This document shows positions 12,470 to 25,656 of a stretch of DNA of 64,000 nucleotides, one piece after another. Numbering within the stretch: the first letter of the stretch is position 1; each line of letters starts with the position of its first letter. Location: positions 3,472,001-3,536,000 of the forward strand of contig JAQFVV010000009.1 of the NCBI GenBank assembly GCA_028023455.1. The letters run 5' to 3'. Source of the DNA: Epiperipatus broadwayi (Eukaryota > Animalia > Onychophora). The notes below the pieces were generated by a model. It searched no databases and was not told the origin of the DNA. It saw only the letters and a list, made by a program, of their open reading frames with translations. A program made the position numbers and the translations under genes.

Positions 12470-13620
12470 TTCAGTGATGATGATGGATGTGGTATGACTG
12501 TTAATATTATTGGAGCTTCAAAGATGCAGGCTATTACAAAACCCTGAGGCGAGTACAGTGTGTCAGAAATCTTGAGCCTATAAAACTCTTCAGAATAAAA
12601 TGAACAAGGCTCCAATGTGACATAACAAGCCTGGTTTTCCTCAACTCCTTCTGGGTTGTTGTGTTCATTGTAGTGCATAAAGTGAGATTGCTCTCCCTTT
12701 GGTTCATGCTTCATAGTATTCCAACATTGTTTTGGAGTAAGCATGCATACTTTTAGTAAATTATGACCAAATAAAAATATATATTTTTCACTAAGAAGTC
12801 CATTAAATATGACAAGCATAAAGTAATACTCTTATATAAGAGATATAAATTATTGCAGTTAGTAAGCCCATTAAATACAGCTAGCTTAGCATAATAGTTT
12901 CATATAAAGGGTATAAATTATTAGCTAGTAAGCTAAGGCATGGAATGTGCTTCAATGATGATGATGGATGTGGTATGGCCATTCATTAGTATTACTGGAG
13001 CACTAGTGTCATATTATCTGAGAAAGTTTAATATCTCTACATTGCCCGGTTTTAGGTTTAAATTCATGTCCAGGTAGCCCATAAGTCTCAACAAAGCAAA
13101 TATTATAAAACACTGATGGTGAGTACAATGTGTCAGGATCATGAGCCTACAAAACTCTTGAGAATCAAATGTGCAAAGTTCCAAAGTAATGTAACAAGCC
13201 TGGTTTTCCTCAATTCCTTCTAGGTTGTTGTATGCATTTTAGGGTACAAAGCAATATCACTCTCCCCTTTATTCATGACATACTTCATAGTATCTTATAA
13301 TTTAGAAATAGAATTTCCATCCATCATTGTTTTGATGCCAGCATGCATATTTTCAGCAAATTATGACTGAATAGAAGTATATAGAAAGGTCTTTTCTAGA
13401 AAGTCCATTAAATATTGCAAGCATAACATAATAGTAAAATTTATCATAGCTAGTGAGTTCCATTAAATATGGCCAGCTTAGCGTAAATTTTATATAAAAG
13501 ATATAAACTATTAGCTAGTAAGTCGATTAAATATGGCCAATATAATGTAACAGTTATATAAAAGATATAAATTATCATTGCTAGTAAATCTATGAAACAT
13601 GGCCAGCATAACTTAACAGT
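12470..13620 (+). repeat. Internal repeats of the LTR element: a ~400-480 bp diverged duplication plus ~60-bp tandem units
   Basis: gatgatgatggatgtggtatg at ~12476 and ~12956 begin colinear blocks. ccattaaatatggccagc...gctagtaag units recur at 12800-12930 and 13400-13620. Confidence 0.8.
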
Positions 13621-13707
13621 GATAAATAAAAAAATTATTTTGAAATTTTTATTAAGAATAATAGATTGAGAATAAAATTTACTAAGGTGATTTTGATTTT
13701 GATAGCA

Positions 13708-15157
13708 GAGTTATTGTACTGTTATTTTTGGTACAATGTATGTTTGATATTTTACTATGAAAAAATATTGCTGAGAGAAAAGTATATTTTATAAAATATA
13801 ATAACAAGATTTGCTATTTTTATTGTATCTATCTTGATAATCAATGAAAATGTACATGTAGATATTTTTTAAGATAAAAAAATATAATAACTGTAATTAG
13901 AAAGGAAGGGAGGTGTGATATTTCTTCTCTCTAATTAAATATGACCCCAATATGAACTTAGTAAATGCACAAGAAAAGAAATTTTCATTTATTTTGGTTG
14001 ATGAAATTATCTTAGTCCACAAACTAAAAATAAATGCTATATTAAAGATAATATAAACCCATGTATTGTATGTAAGTTGTGCTTAATATTGTAAATTTAA
14101 TTATAATAAAAATATGCTTTGTGGGGAAATTAAATTCCTGAAGAGATAAAGAAAAGTGTGAATATATACTTGCATGATGGAATAAGACCAGTGGTATAAA
14201 AAGGTGAGCCTGAGAAGTTTGATTTATTCCTTTGTTTATGGACTCTGCAAATTAGTGCTGTATTCTTCATTGAACGGCATATCACAGAGAAAGATCCAGA
14301 AAACTGTAGAAATTCACTGCTAAACAGATATGGTATCCAATGACTTCTTCCTGGCCTAAAGTTGAGAGGATGTCTTAATTCAAAATGCCATGCCTACATA
14401 ATACCATGACCTTAGCAAGTTAGTAAGAAAAACAACATTTCAATTGGACATAATAAATCTCATAATTTGTAGAAATAAGAAACTCATGGCAATGGTGTAC
14501 ACTTTTTATATCAGTCATTAAATGGATGCAAAGAAATAATAGATAAGATTAATGAGAGTTCTAAACCTAACTTTTCTGAAGTAATAATATAAACTTTTAA
14601 TGAACTATCAAAACAGATGAATTAAACTTTATCACTGTTAACAGAATATCTAATTAAATTTGCAATTAAGAATGTTACATATCTATTCTATGTAATGTTA
14701 TATCTATATGTTCAAGTTTAAAAAATATTTAATAGGATAGTATTAATAAATAATTTTGTATTTATCGTATGCACTTACTTGTTTATTAAATCTATGGGGT
14801 AGTTTAAATTCAGCAATCTTCATTATTTAGATTCCTCGTGTACAATGCTAATACACGAAATTACTAAATTTCCAAAAATAAAAACTAGATAACAAAAATT
14901 TATAATTATAAAGGAGAGAAATTCCATCTTTATTAATTAATCTTATGATGGTGTGTTTAGATAACATGGTTCACTGAACACTGGTGCCTCAAATAAATAA
15001 TATTTGTGACTCAGGATTAGATTAACCAGGAAATATAATCACATTTTTCCTAATATTTATAAAATTAAAAAGGAAGAAGTGATTAGGTCATAAAACAAAC
15101 ATTAACCTGTTATACTTGTATATATAGTATAAATGAGTCAAAATCCCTTCAGTAACT
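13708..15157 (+). repeat. 3' LTR
   Basis: Direct repeat of 7797-10595 without the fold-back. Starts AGTTA and ends TAACT. Confidence 0.7.
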
Positions 15158-15267
15158 GGGATCTATATAAATATAAATGAAATAACAGATGAAAACATTA
15201 CAACCGGTACAATATATATATAGATAAAAATTTACAACCCAGTACAATATATATACATATATATTAT

Positions 15268-15700
15268 AAAGAAATCAAGTCATATGTCACATTACCTAAT
15301 TTAACAAGCTTGCAGTATAAATGTTACATAATGAGTTTGCAAATAGCTCTCAACTGGCTTTTCAGAATATCCCCAACCTCAGACAGATTTCTGCTACTGG
15401 CTTCCTCAGTGAGGTACTAGGATATTCAAGCATTAGATTTAAAATACCAGGCAAAGCCCAGCACTTTATCTAATGGATAACTATTAAAAATCTGAAATTT
15501 TCAGGCATCCATATGTCTTCCAATCCAGCTATCTAACTTAAATATCCATATGGGATTGAACCAAGTTCAGTTACACCATATATTAATAGCTTTAGCAATA
15601 TAGAATTGCCAAAATCTTAATAGCAAAAATAAAATTACAAAGAAATCAAGTCATATGTCACATGACTTAATTTAACAAGCTTATATTACAAATATTATAT
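15268..15700 (-). mobile_element. Retrozyme/Penelope-terminus-like 371-bp monomer with terminal redundancy
   Basis: aaagaaatcaagtcatatgtcacat occurs at 15268 and 15639. It contains a hammerhead and a hairpin homologous to the 9109 unit, and its 5' part resembles 50220-50320. Confidence 0.75.
15376..15415 (-). ncRNA. Minimal type I hammerhead ribozyme (variant)
   Basis: Minus strand reads ACCUCA CUGAGGA A GC CAGUA GC A GAAAU CU GUC/UGAGGU, with a perfect 6-bp stem I. Confidence 0.7.
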
Positions 15701-15799
15701 TACACAGATTTTGCATTATGAAATGAGAAAGTGTTATTACTGCTAGTGAAAAACCTAAAGCACTTGAAGTGAAAAAGAATATACTAATTAGCTTCACTT

Positions 15800-16480
15800 T
15801 AATTTTCTGTCATTATAATAATGGCATTTGAAACAAATTACTGGTTATTTCATAAAGCAGAGTTAAGACACGTGTAATTGTGGATTTACTTTTTTATATA
15901 TATATTTTGAGTTAAGTATATTTAAAAACAAGAATTTCATCTTTTAGATTTCTATAATTAAAGTTTGCTAATGATTTTGTTACTCTTGCCAATGACCTAC
16001 AGAATGTTATTAATATTTTGAACACAATCTTATAAAAAATATTGTTTAATAATTGATTTTAAAAAAACCACAAGTACCTTATTTTAGAAGTTAATGATAG
16101 GAAAAGTACCTTCAACAATTTTAAATTTGAGTGGTTTGTCACAGCTTGAGAAAGTGAGTCAAATTTAAATATCTGTATAATTTGTTTTTTTTTTTTTTTT
16201 TAGTAAAAAGGCATAATTGGATAGTAAAGATACAATACAAAGTCTAAAGTGTTGCTACCATATTAAACCAATTAAAAAGTGTATTTGATCATAGTGTTAT
16301 AAATAATCCAACTAAATTATTTGTGTATAGTACTGTTATTTTGTCACTTTAACACAGAGAAGTAATAATGAATTTCTCTATCATTATAACATAAAGATAC
16401 TGGAAATTTTTTATTTAAGGTGATGGCAAGATTTTAAAATCATCCTTAATTGAAGACTAATTAAGGAATACTTCAAATTG
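15800..16480 (+). pseudogene. Old LINE reverse-transcriptase remnant (RTE-like)
   Basis: KFANDFVTLANDLQNVINILN (FADD region) at ~15960 and LEKVSQ..KYL at ~16145. Many stops. Confidence 0.55.
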
Positions 16481-19400
16481 TTGGATATGATTCTTTTGAA
16501 TCTATCGGAAAGGAATATCTTTATAGGATTGAGCATGTGAAATGAATGTATGATAACAGAATAGACTTCCTAAGAAAGTATGTTACATTGTACTTGAGTG
16601 TAGTTTTTTTCAGGGAGTAGACTCCATTTATGTTATGAATATTATTTCAAGGATGTTGAATGCTTTCATCAGAAGAATGAAAAAAAAGTGAAAAAATAGA
16701 TCTATGTTTAGGGGTAGAATTGATGTCTTTTCAAAGGAAAAATTCATTGCAGAACAAATGAAAAAAAATAGTACTTTTTGTTTTACTGATTGATTTGTGT
16801 AGTCTCTTATTAAAACTTATCTTAACTTTTTATTTATTTTCTGTCTTCATTTTTTTGTTTACTTATAATATATTTGTGATTAATATATACAATAATAATT
16901 TATATATGCATTTTAAGAAGATTGGTTTAGGAAATGACAATTCTCTGTTTCTGAATTTCCTACAGTATTTTCAAGACATTATAGAATTCAATTATCAGTA
17001 AAGCAAACAAACTTATTGTTAAGCTGTTTCAGTATTTTTTTTAAATATATATATTTAAAAAGATAATTTGTATTCATTTAATGATAAATAAAATTTCTAT
17101 AATAGTTATCATATTTCATTATTATTGTTCTAGTTCAGATCATTTTGATTTTATCATTAATCATCTAAACAAACATGCTGAATCTAAATATATTTTAAAC
17201 TTTTAATCTGCTTGTAAATTTATGAAAATTATTTTAAATTTTAAAAGCATATCTGATTAAAAAAAAGATTATCGTAAAACAAAGAATCAAATGAAATTAG
17301 TTGATCATAAAGCATTAAATTAAGACAAACTTGTGAAAATGTTATTACAATTAAATCATCTCTTAAGCACTGAAGACCACTCCCCACCTCTCAATTACAA
17401 AATAAAAATATATTTTAATTATAAATAGTACTACTAAGTACAAAATTCAAATGATTTATCAAATAAATTTTCTATTGTTTTATTTTATTACTTATAAGAT
17501 CATTATCATTAACAACTGCAATAACAAATATGTTATCCCAATTCAACAAAGCAAAAAAAAAGTAAACACAAAGAATAAAAAATTAAAGATGAGTATTGTT
17601 ATGACTATATAAATCAATAGTCAGTTATAAATACATCCACACATATAGATCATTCAGTTTGTTCATTTGATATTATGCAATACTACTTTTTAATAACTTA
17701 TGAAGCAAGCTTTCCTTTTAAAAGACTTCAATATTTTATTTAATTATAGCTCTTCATTGTATTTATAACCAGCTTTTAATATTATATTTCTTTGGAATAT
17801 TATTATGATAATCTTTGTAAAAGTAAATGAGGTTGGTTTCTATCATAAAACCCACATTGAAGTTCAATATAAAATACCTTTTATAAGTTTTTATAAGTTT
17901 CATTCATTTGTTAGATCCAATCCAATGAAGATGTATCTTTTCAATAGTACATTCTATTTATGATAAGATATATATAAAAGAAGTATTGAAAAACGTATTT
18001 ACCTTTTTTTTTTTTTAATGGAGGGGGGGGGGTAAGCAAAGTTTAAATTGTTGCTGGTTTGGATTATAGTTTATTGAATACTTTTTTGCTTAGATAATTA
18101 AAAGTTAGCAATACTTTAAACCATTTTATTGAATTATTACTATTAAAATAATTCTTTTTAATATTTATACTTTGTGAAATAAGAAAGTTTTGAGGATCCT
18201 TATATTTTGAAATAGAAGTTTTTATGCAGTAGAAGCTAAGTGATTTTTTTATGATAAATATTAAGATAAGTTTATATTCATTTTGTATTTATTTTTTAAA
18301 AAATGTGAATCGATAATAATGTGTTACTAGCATGCATTTCTTGATTGTTGCATTCAGGAGACATTTAAGGTAAGATTGTCAAAAACATTTTTTATTTTGA
18401 AAAAAATATTTACAATATTTAAACAATTTTAGGGGGTATTTTTCCTTTCCCCCCATAAAGGTTCATTTAAAAAATTTAGTCTTATTTTGAAGCTTGTAAA
18501 TAAAAAGTTTATTTTAGATGCCTTTAAACTTTGAAGATATTTATTAATCCACTCCTCTCCCAAATTCAGATGTTTGGAAATAATGTGGATTTTTTTATTG
18601 TATAACATATTATTTACAATATTAACATATGCACAAAGGGGAGTTTAGATTACAGAGATAATAGTTCCTATGGTAAAATGCTTAACTAATCTATAATTAT
18701 TTCAAGAATGAGTTCACTCTATGAGGATGCACAAATAAAAATGGTTGTAGACTACTAAATTATATTCATGATATTTTTGGGTAAGAATATGGAGAGTATA
18801 AAAATGAGTTTAACCATTTTTTGCTATTTTTTTTTGAATACATTATATTTTTTATTGTCAAATATAATGAAGCAGTGTGAAAGATTAGAGAATGCATTGT
18901 TGTATCAGACTTTTGAAATAGTTTGTGTATATAGTAAAATCATCATATATTTTGTATGCATAATAAAATCTATGAATAATAATGAATGCTATGTGATATA
19001 CATTTCTAACATATGCATTGCTAATATTTAGATAGTACACAAAAGTATGGCTATATTTTAGTTCTAAACATTTTTAAAAACTTTCATACTGAATGCTAAA
19101 TGTTTTTACAAATGTAGATATTTATTATTTTTGCACATTGTGCAGAAGTAAACAATGTGACTTTGATTATATACAATGAATATGTTCTAGCCTTCTTAAT
19201 ATCAGACAATTCTAATAATGCTAATCCTCCATTGTGGACTAAATAAAATAACTTACTTAGAATTATCTACATCAATTTTGCATCATTTTTGATGTAACAC
19301 CATAATATGTTAGACAATTAAATTATACATAAGCTTTTACTAATGTATTACATACAGGTTTTGTGTGGAAGATTTATAGGGACAAACAACAATTTCATAA

Positions 19401-20267
19401 ATACAAGTAAAGAATGTGTATTTTCAGCTTATTTTCTCTATATTTACAGTATTTAATTAAATAATCCTTAAAAATGCAGCATAATCTAGACAAGTTTTTT
19501 TTTTTAGCATTTCAATATTCAAAACAATTTTCAAAATATGAGTGAATAGTGTCAAACTTTTACTACTTAACTGATTTGTGGTCTCACAATCAGATCAATA
19601 GATGGAACATTTGATGGTAAGAATAATGAAATTGGGAAAAAAATATTTTTGAAATGAAAAAAAGACTATAGTATTTATGGCTCATAACTGCAAATAATAA
19701 AGAATGTTAAATGTCATTGGTGTTCACAAATAAAATCTTTAAATGTTAAAAAGTACAAAAATGTTCACGTCATTAAAATGACAATTATATTCTGTAAAAG
19801 AGTTGCTTGTAACAGGGATAGTTTACAAACTTTTACAAAATAAATAAATAATAAGAATCGGTATCATATAATAAGTTTTGAATATAATAAAATCTGCTAA
19901 AAAAATCTAATTTTCCAAAATATTGGAGAGCCAAAAAAATATTTGAAAAACACCATAACAGTTTTAATAAAATTTATTACATAATTAAAAACAATGTAGT
20001 ATTTATAGGCATGAATTATCTAATTGCTTTCTAAAGTAAGAATTACATTCAGTCAAGAATGCAATATATTCTAGATTTACAGTTAGAACTGCTGCCAACC
20101 CATAACCATTGAAATGAAAAAAACATTTTTGAAAGAATGATTAATTAGAACTGTAAAAGTTCAATTATTGGCAATAAAGCTGCTATTGTTTTATGTAAAA
20201 GCATTTTAATAATTCATTTGAAATCTGAAACTCAAGACTATGAGGATATTTTGAATGTTTTTATCAG

Positions 20268-20475
20268 TGAAGTAAAGAATAATGCCAGGCATTAATTTAT
20301 CAAACTTCAATTTTCATACTAGTTTTAACTAAAATTATTTACAAAAAAATCTTACTGGATTTTGTTAAGATGAAGTAAAGAATAATGCCAGGCATTAATT
20401 TATCAAACTTCAATTTTCATACTAGTTTTAACTAAAATTATTTACAAAAAAATCTTACTGGATTTTGTTAAGATG
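20268..20475 (+). repeat. Perfect 103-bp tandem duplication
   Basis: tgaagtaaagaataatgccaggc... starts at 20268 and 20371. Confidence 0.95.
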
Positions 20476-23400
20476 GTAATGTTAGGGGAAAAAACTGGTG
20501 TTTCAACAAAACTTTTAGCAAAATATTCAGCAATGTGAATTTATTCACACATTCAATTATCTTTAGATGATGTGACAAAAGATAACAAAAAGTAAATTAT
20601 TTTCATCATTTCTTGATAAACTTTATATTTGTTATTATACTTACTAGAAATGACATTTCTAGTAAGCTTAGGATTAAAATTTAGAAAACAATTTTTATAC
20701 CCTGATGGACTATGAAATTAGTTTAGAAGTCATATGAATATTTATAACTTTATTTTAACAAAAGGAAAAAAAAAACATTTGGAAAGATTACCTCTGTTTA
20801 ATGATATGTTTAAAAAGATTTCATTGATTTCTACAGTGCTACAAAACAAAAATGTGTCAGTTATTCAAGCCAATAGATAACTTATTTTGAGAACCAATAA
20901 GGCTGTGAAATAAATACCCCTCAATAAAAGATACATGAAATAAAAGTAGATGTAATAAAAATTAAAATATAAAATACATCTTTTGAAAAATAAACTATTA
21001 ATTCTGAAAGATAGTTTTTTAAATTCTTTAACATATCACATTAAATTGTATATGCTATTTTATAATAAAAGTGGGCAATACAGTAACTTAATGAGTTATC
21101 TTTAACTTATTAAATTCAGAAATATGACCTCATGCTATTGTTTAAGTACTGTTGATAAATGGCATAAATAACTTAAAAAGATTAATTAAATACAAAATTT
21201 TCATAAATGAGTTGAGAAAAATTGTCACTAACAAGAATGTACCACTTAAGAAAATTCCAGATAGCATTGTTAGGCCAAAGAAGATATTGAACATTATTGC
21301 TATTAATTTTGAAAAGACTAAATAAGACTTCAGCAGTACAATAATATAATTGATAATAAAAGAATTTCCTTATTTGTTGAGATTGCAAGTAAACTAATAA
21401 TAATAAATTTGATGGGAAAATTACTGAAACAACATGAAATCATATATCACACAGAACATCTTCTAGTAAATGGCACTCATATTAAAGAATCAGTTAATGC
21501 CTATATTCATAAACCCTTAACATGTTGTTATGTCAAAATGGATAGATAAAATCAATGATAGATACATTGTATCTAAATAAATAAATAAAACTTTTTATCA
21601 TTATTTATGAATAAAGAATCAATGTTCTATTATAAAATGATAGACCATTTCTTTTCTTTGTTTTACTATCATATTTTATATCCAAATTTCTCAGTAATAA
21701 AATTTTTTAAGAAAAGTGGGGAGGTAAATTTAAGGTATTGATTAAAAAATATTTTGAATATCAATTAATTGTATGTAAATACCTAATGATACAATTTATT
21801 TTAAAAATTTTACACTTTAATATATCAACAAAAAATAATTACATTAAAAAGATATTGCATAGTAATGCAATTAAAACAGAGAACACATTCATAAACATAT
21901 GTGTGTTATACTGTACTCAGAAATGAGTGATTTTCAGATATTACTATTTATTTTTATAAATGTTGTTGATGAAAGTTAATATAATAAAGTGAATGAATTA
22001 TAAATGCTATTAACTTGACAGTGCAGCAAAAAGATTATCTGGTTTGTGTGATTTTAAGTCAGTGAATGATGCAGATGATATAAACATTTTTCTCTATAAA
22101 ACCTGAGCTAATATTTGAAACCAAGTTGATAGAGTTTCTTTTTCATTTTTTCCAAATATTGTGATAGAAAATTATTTTCTATTATTTTCTAATCATCAAC
22201 ATATTTCACAAGTTATAATAATTTTGTGATAACCCTCTGATTTAAAAGAAATGTTTTATCTAATAATTATATTTCACAATTTTATTCTTTAAATTCTGTT
22301 GAGTCTGAAATATATATTAAAAAATTCTAATGCCCACATTTCTATTTCTATTTTTATTCTTTTTTCTTTTTTATATTGATAAGTCAATAAAGACTTTAAA
22401 AACAACTTTAGTATTTTAATTCAAAATTTTTCAATCTATAGGTTGCAATATATATATATCAAATGATAGTGTTGATACATACTATATAATTTTGATATTA
22501 GACTAATAACACTTGTTTAAAAGAGAAAGAAGATTGGGAGTAAAAAACATTTTGCAAAATATTTTCTGTTCAATTTAAAAACAATATATTTGATTATTAA
22601 TACTATTGACAATAACAATATAATAAAAGTATAATTGTTACTTTTTATAAAATAAAATAATAAAAATGTTGTTTCATACTAAAGAAAAATTATTCATATA
22701 ATTAAAGAAAAAAAATATGTAAAGAAATATTGCATAGTATCATAATTTATCTAATAAAAAAAATTTGAAAGGCACAATAAATACTTTGGAAAAATAGATA
22801 CTTATAGACTATAATACTGAAATAAATAAATTATTGAATGTGAATCTGTTATATTTATATACTACTTTAATAATGCAAGGTTAAATTTATACAAATTATA
22901 TGTTGAATAGAACAAGACATTCTAATAATTTAGAAAATACAGAATTTCATTTCTCAAAATAATAATAACAATAATAAATAAATTTTGATAATAGTATAAA
23001 TACTAAACCCTACTGCTTGATGGCATTGTTTTTCACACAACACATATCAATATACCATTTTTGTGGCCTAACTTATGGTTAACACAACAACAGTGTTGTT
23101 TAGAGCCGTAACAGACCACATAGAGGGCAATGTATCCTATGATTATGTAATGAAATATTATGCCCATTGACTTGCGACAGTATTCCTCAAGTGAGTGCAA
23201 TTCAACTCTCGCTATAGTCTGATTTGATTTTGACCATATTTGAAGGATGTGAAACTATCAAAAAATTCATTATGGAAAATTTTTGAGAAAGCGTAGTGGA
23301 TGTAGTATTAAATATTAAGAATTGTCAGGCTGACACACATGCTTCCCTATGATTTGAACTGCACACAACTTGAAAAGGTTAGGGTTTTCAGAAGAGTTCT

Positions 23401-24602
23401 GCTGAGTTTACACACAAATCCACATTTACATGTGAATCCGTGCGAAAACAGTAAAATGTCGGCACACCAAGGGTTCAAAATTAGTTGAAGGGAAGTTAAC
23501 TGCTGGCCACAGAAGTTGACACTGTTGTCTTTTTCCAGAAAGAGAACAAACATTCTGCCAGATGTGAAGCTATGCATTTGTAGGAGGAGCATGTTTTTAG
23601 TCAACTATAGGATCTGGGGAATTCCATTGCCAATTATGCAAGCATACCTGGAGTCTGCATAAGGGAGGTTGGTTGGACAGCCCCAAAAACCCATTACTTA
23701 CAGCTTTGAGGCCCATCTCCTATTGGAGTCAAACAAACTGTACCCCCCCCTAAAATGTTTTTTTTTTTAAAATCAAACTGTTTAATTAAGGCTTTTTGAA
23801 AAAGGCAAAAAATAAAGAAAGAACTTTTCACTATCATATAAAGATTTTGGTAGCGTAAATATTTTTTTTTTTTAAAAAAAAAAAAATCTCATCATAAGAA
23901 AATAAAAGATGATAATTAAAAATCAAACCAACCCCCCTCCACCCTCTAAAAACCAACAGTTGGTGTATTAAAAATGAATTGATTAATAAGGCTTTCCAAC
24001 AACAAAAAAGAGCTCAAAATCAATAAAAAGTCAATAATGAAAAAAAATTAATAATTTAAAAGCAAACCAATCCCCCTCCAATAATTCATATATTTTGTTA
24101 ATCTATCTCTTTATATGTATTTGATATTCAAACACATTTAAAATTAATATTCAAAGTTTCCAGTATATCGGCAAAAAATATTAAAAGACCAGAATTAAAA
24201 TTCAAACCAACCCCCCTCCACTCTCTAAAAACCAACTGTTGGTTTATTAATTAAAACTGAAATGTTTAAGATTTTAAAAAAGAAGCCCAAAATCTAAAAA
24301 AGGTGATAATTTAAAAGTAAACCAACCCCCCTCTACCATCTAAAAACAAAGTGGTGTTCGTTTATTAAAAAGGCAAAAAAAAAAAAAGTAAAAGTTTTAT
24401 GTATATAAAGAGTTAAAAAAAAATTTCTTTTACTGTAGTATTATGTAAAGAAACTGATAATTCAAAATCAAAAAAAAAAAGTTGATAATTTAAAAGCAAA
24501 CCAACTCCTTCCCCTAAAAATAAAATGTTTATTTATTAAAAACACACAAAAAAAAAAAACATTTGAGTTTTATGTATAGAAAGTGAAAAATTTTTTTGGT
24601 AA

Positions 24603-25656
24603 TTATAACGTAATCAGGCTTGGCCACTTGTTGGCGTTGTTGGCAGTCAAAAACAATACAATACAATGTTTGGGGCTGCGTTATATTTTTAAATCAAATC
24701 GCTGTTTTTTTTTTTTTTTTTTGGTTATTAATTTATTGATTGCTATAACTTTTTTTTTCATGCCTTTTTATTAAAAAAGTTGTTTAATTTTAATTTTGTA
24801 TTTAGTAAACAACAACCTTTTTTATTTATTTTTAAATCGCTGTTTTTGGACAAAGCTGCTACTCTGCGATGTCTATTTAGCGATGTCTTTCGCTTAATTA
24901 TTGCTTTCTACATAACAAAACAACTGTGTAGGGTTAGGTTAGTTTTAGGGTTAGTTTTAGGGTTAGTTTAGGGTTAGTTTTAGGGTTAGTGTTCTGTTGT
25001 TTGTAATGCTAAAATAAAAGATATCAAAATCGTAACTGTAGTCGGACAAAAAAAAGAAACTCAAACTTTTTTAAACAACAACAAACACATATAAATGTCT
25101 TATTTACTTATTAAACATGTTTATAATATATGCTTTCTATGAAATTTACAAAAAATTGTGTATATTTTTATTGGACAGCAGAAATACTCAGCTTCTGTTG
25201 TCCGCAACTGCGGAAAAAGTTGATCGCCATCCATTTTATCAACTATGTGGTATTTCACGTGAAAACGAGATTTTGCACGTGATATCGGCCAAATTCTTTT
25301 TTACCTACCCTCGGCAAGAGTGTGGCCATTTAGAAAATTACTATAAATTCATGTTTATTAAATAAATTATAAATACAAATATTGTGTAACGTATATTGTA
25401 AAAATTTGACTAATCCAACTAAACACACATATATATCAAACTGTAAACAAAAGATAAGTGTGTGGATTCACAATAACTGTCATAAAGCAGAGATAGGCCA
25501 TATTATTTCTGCATTACGCATCATAAGCAGCCTTCTAATGGCTAAGACAAACATAGATGTTTTCTATAGCCGTAAGTCAGGCCTTCTAAACGGCATTTGT
25601 TAGGTGTTTTGGCGAGCCAGGACACCATCAAATGGCCAAGTCCGATTACGTTATAA
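24603..25656. mobile_element. Young CpG-rich MITE nested in the Tc1-like element
   Basis: ~42-bp TIRs ttataacgtaatcaggcttggcca... / ...tggccaagtccgattacgttataa. GTAA flanks both ends (24599-24602, 25657-25660). Confidence 0.85.
24930..24990 (+). repeat. Degenerate telomere-like (TTAGTTTTAGGG)n array inside the MITE
   Basis: agggttaggttagttttagggttagttttagggttagtttagggttagttttagggttag. Confidence 0.9.

Larger units (their letters stand above)
7797..15157 (+). mobile_element. Decayed Ty3/Gypsy-type LTR retrotransposon (two ~1.5 kb LTRs, gag remnant, no pol found)
   Basis: Long diverged direct repeats at 7797-10595 and 13708-15157 both end in AGTAACT, with AGTTA/AGTCA at the starts. A decayed tRNA-Lys-like PBS lies at ~10603-10622 and a gag-like translation lies between the repeats. 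Confidence 0.7.

Noticed and set aside
24930-24990. Interstitial telomere
   Set aside because: Short, degenerate 12-mer periodicity, and enclosed within a MITE.
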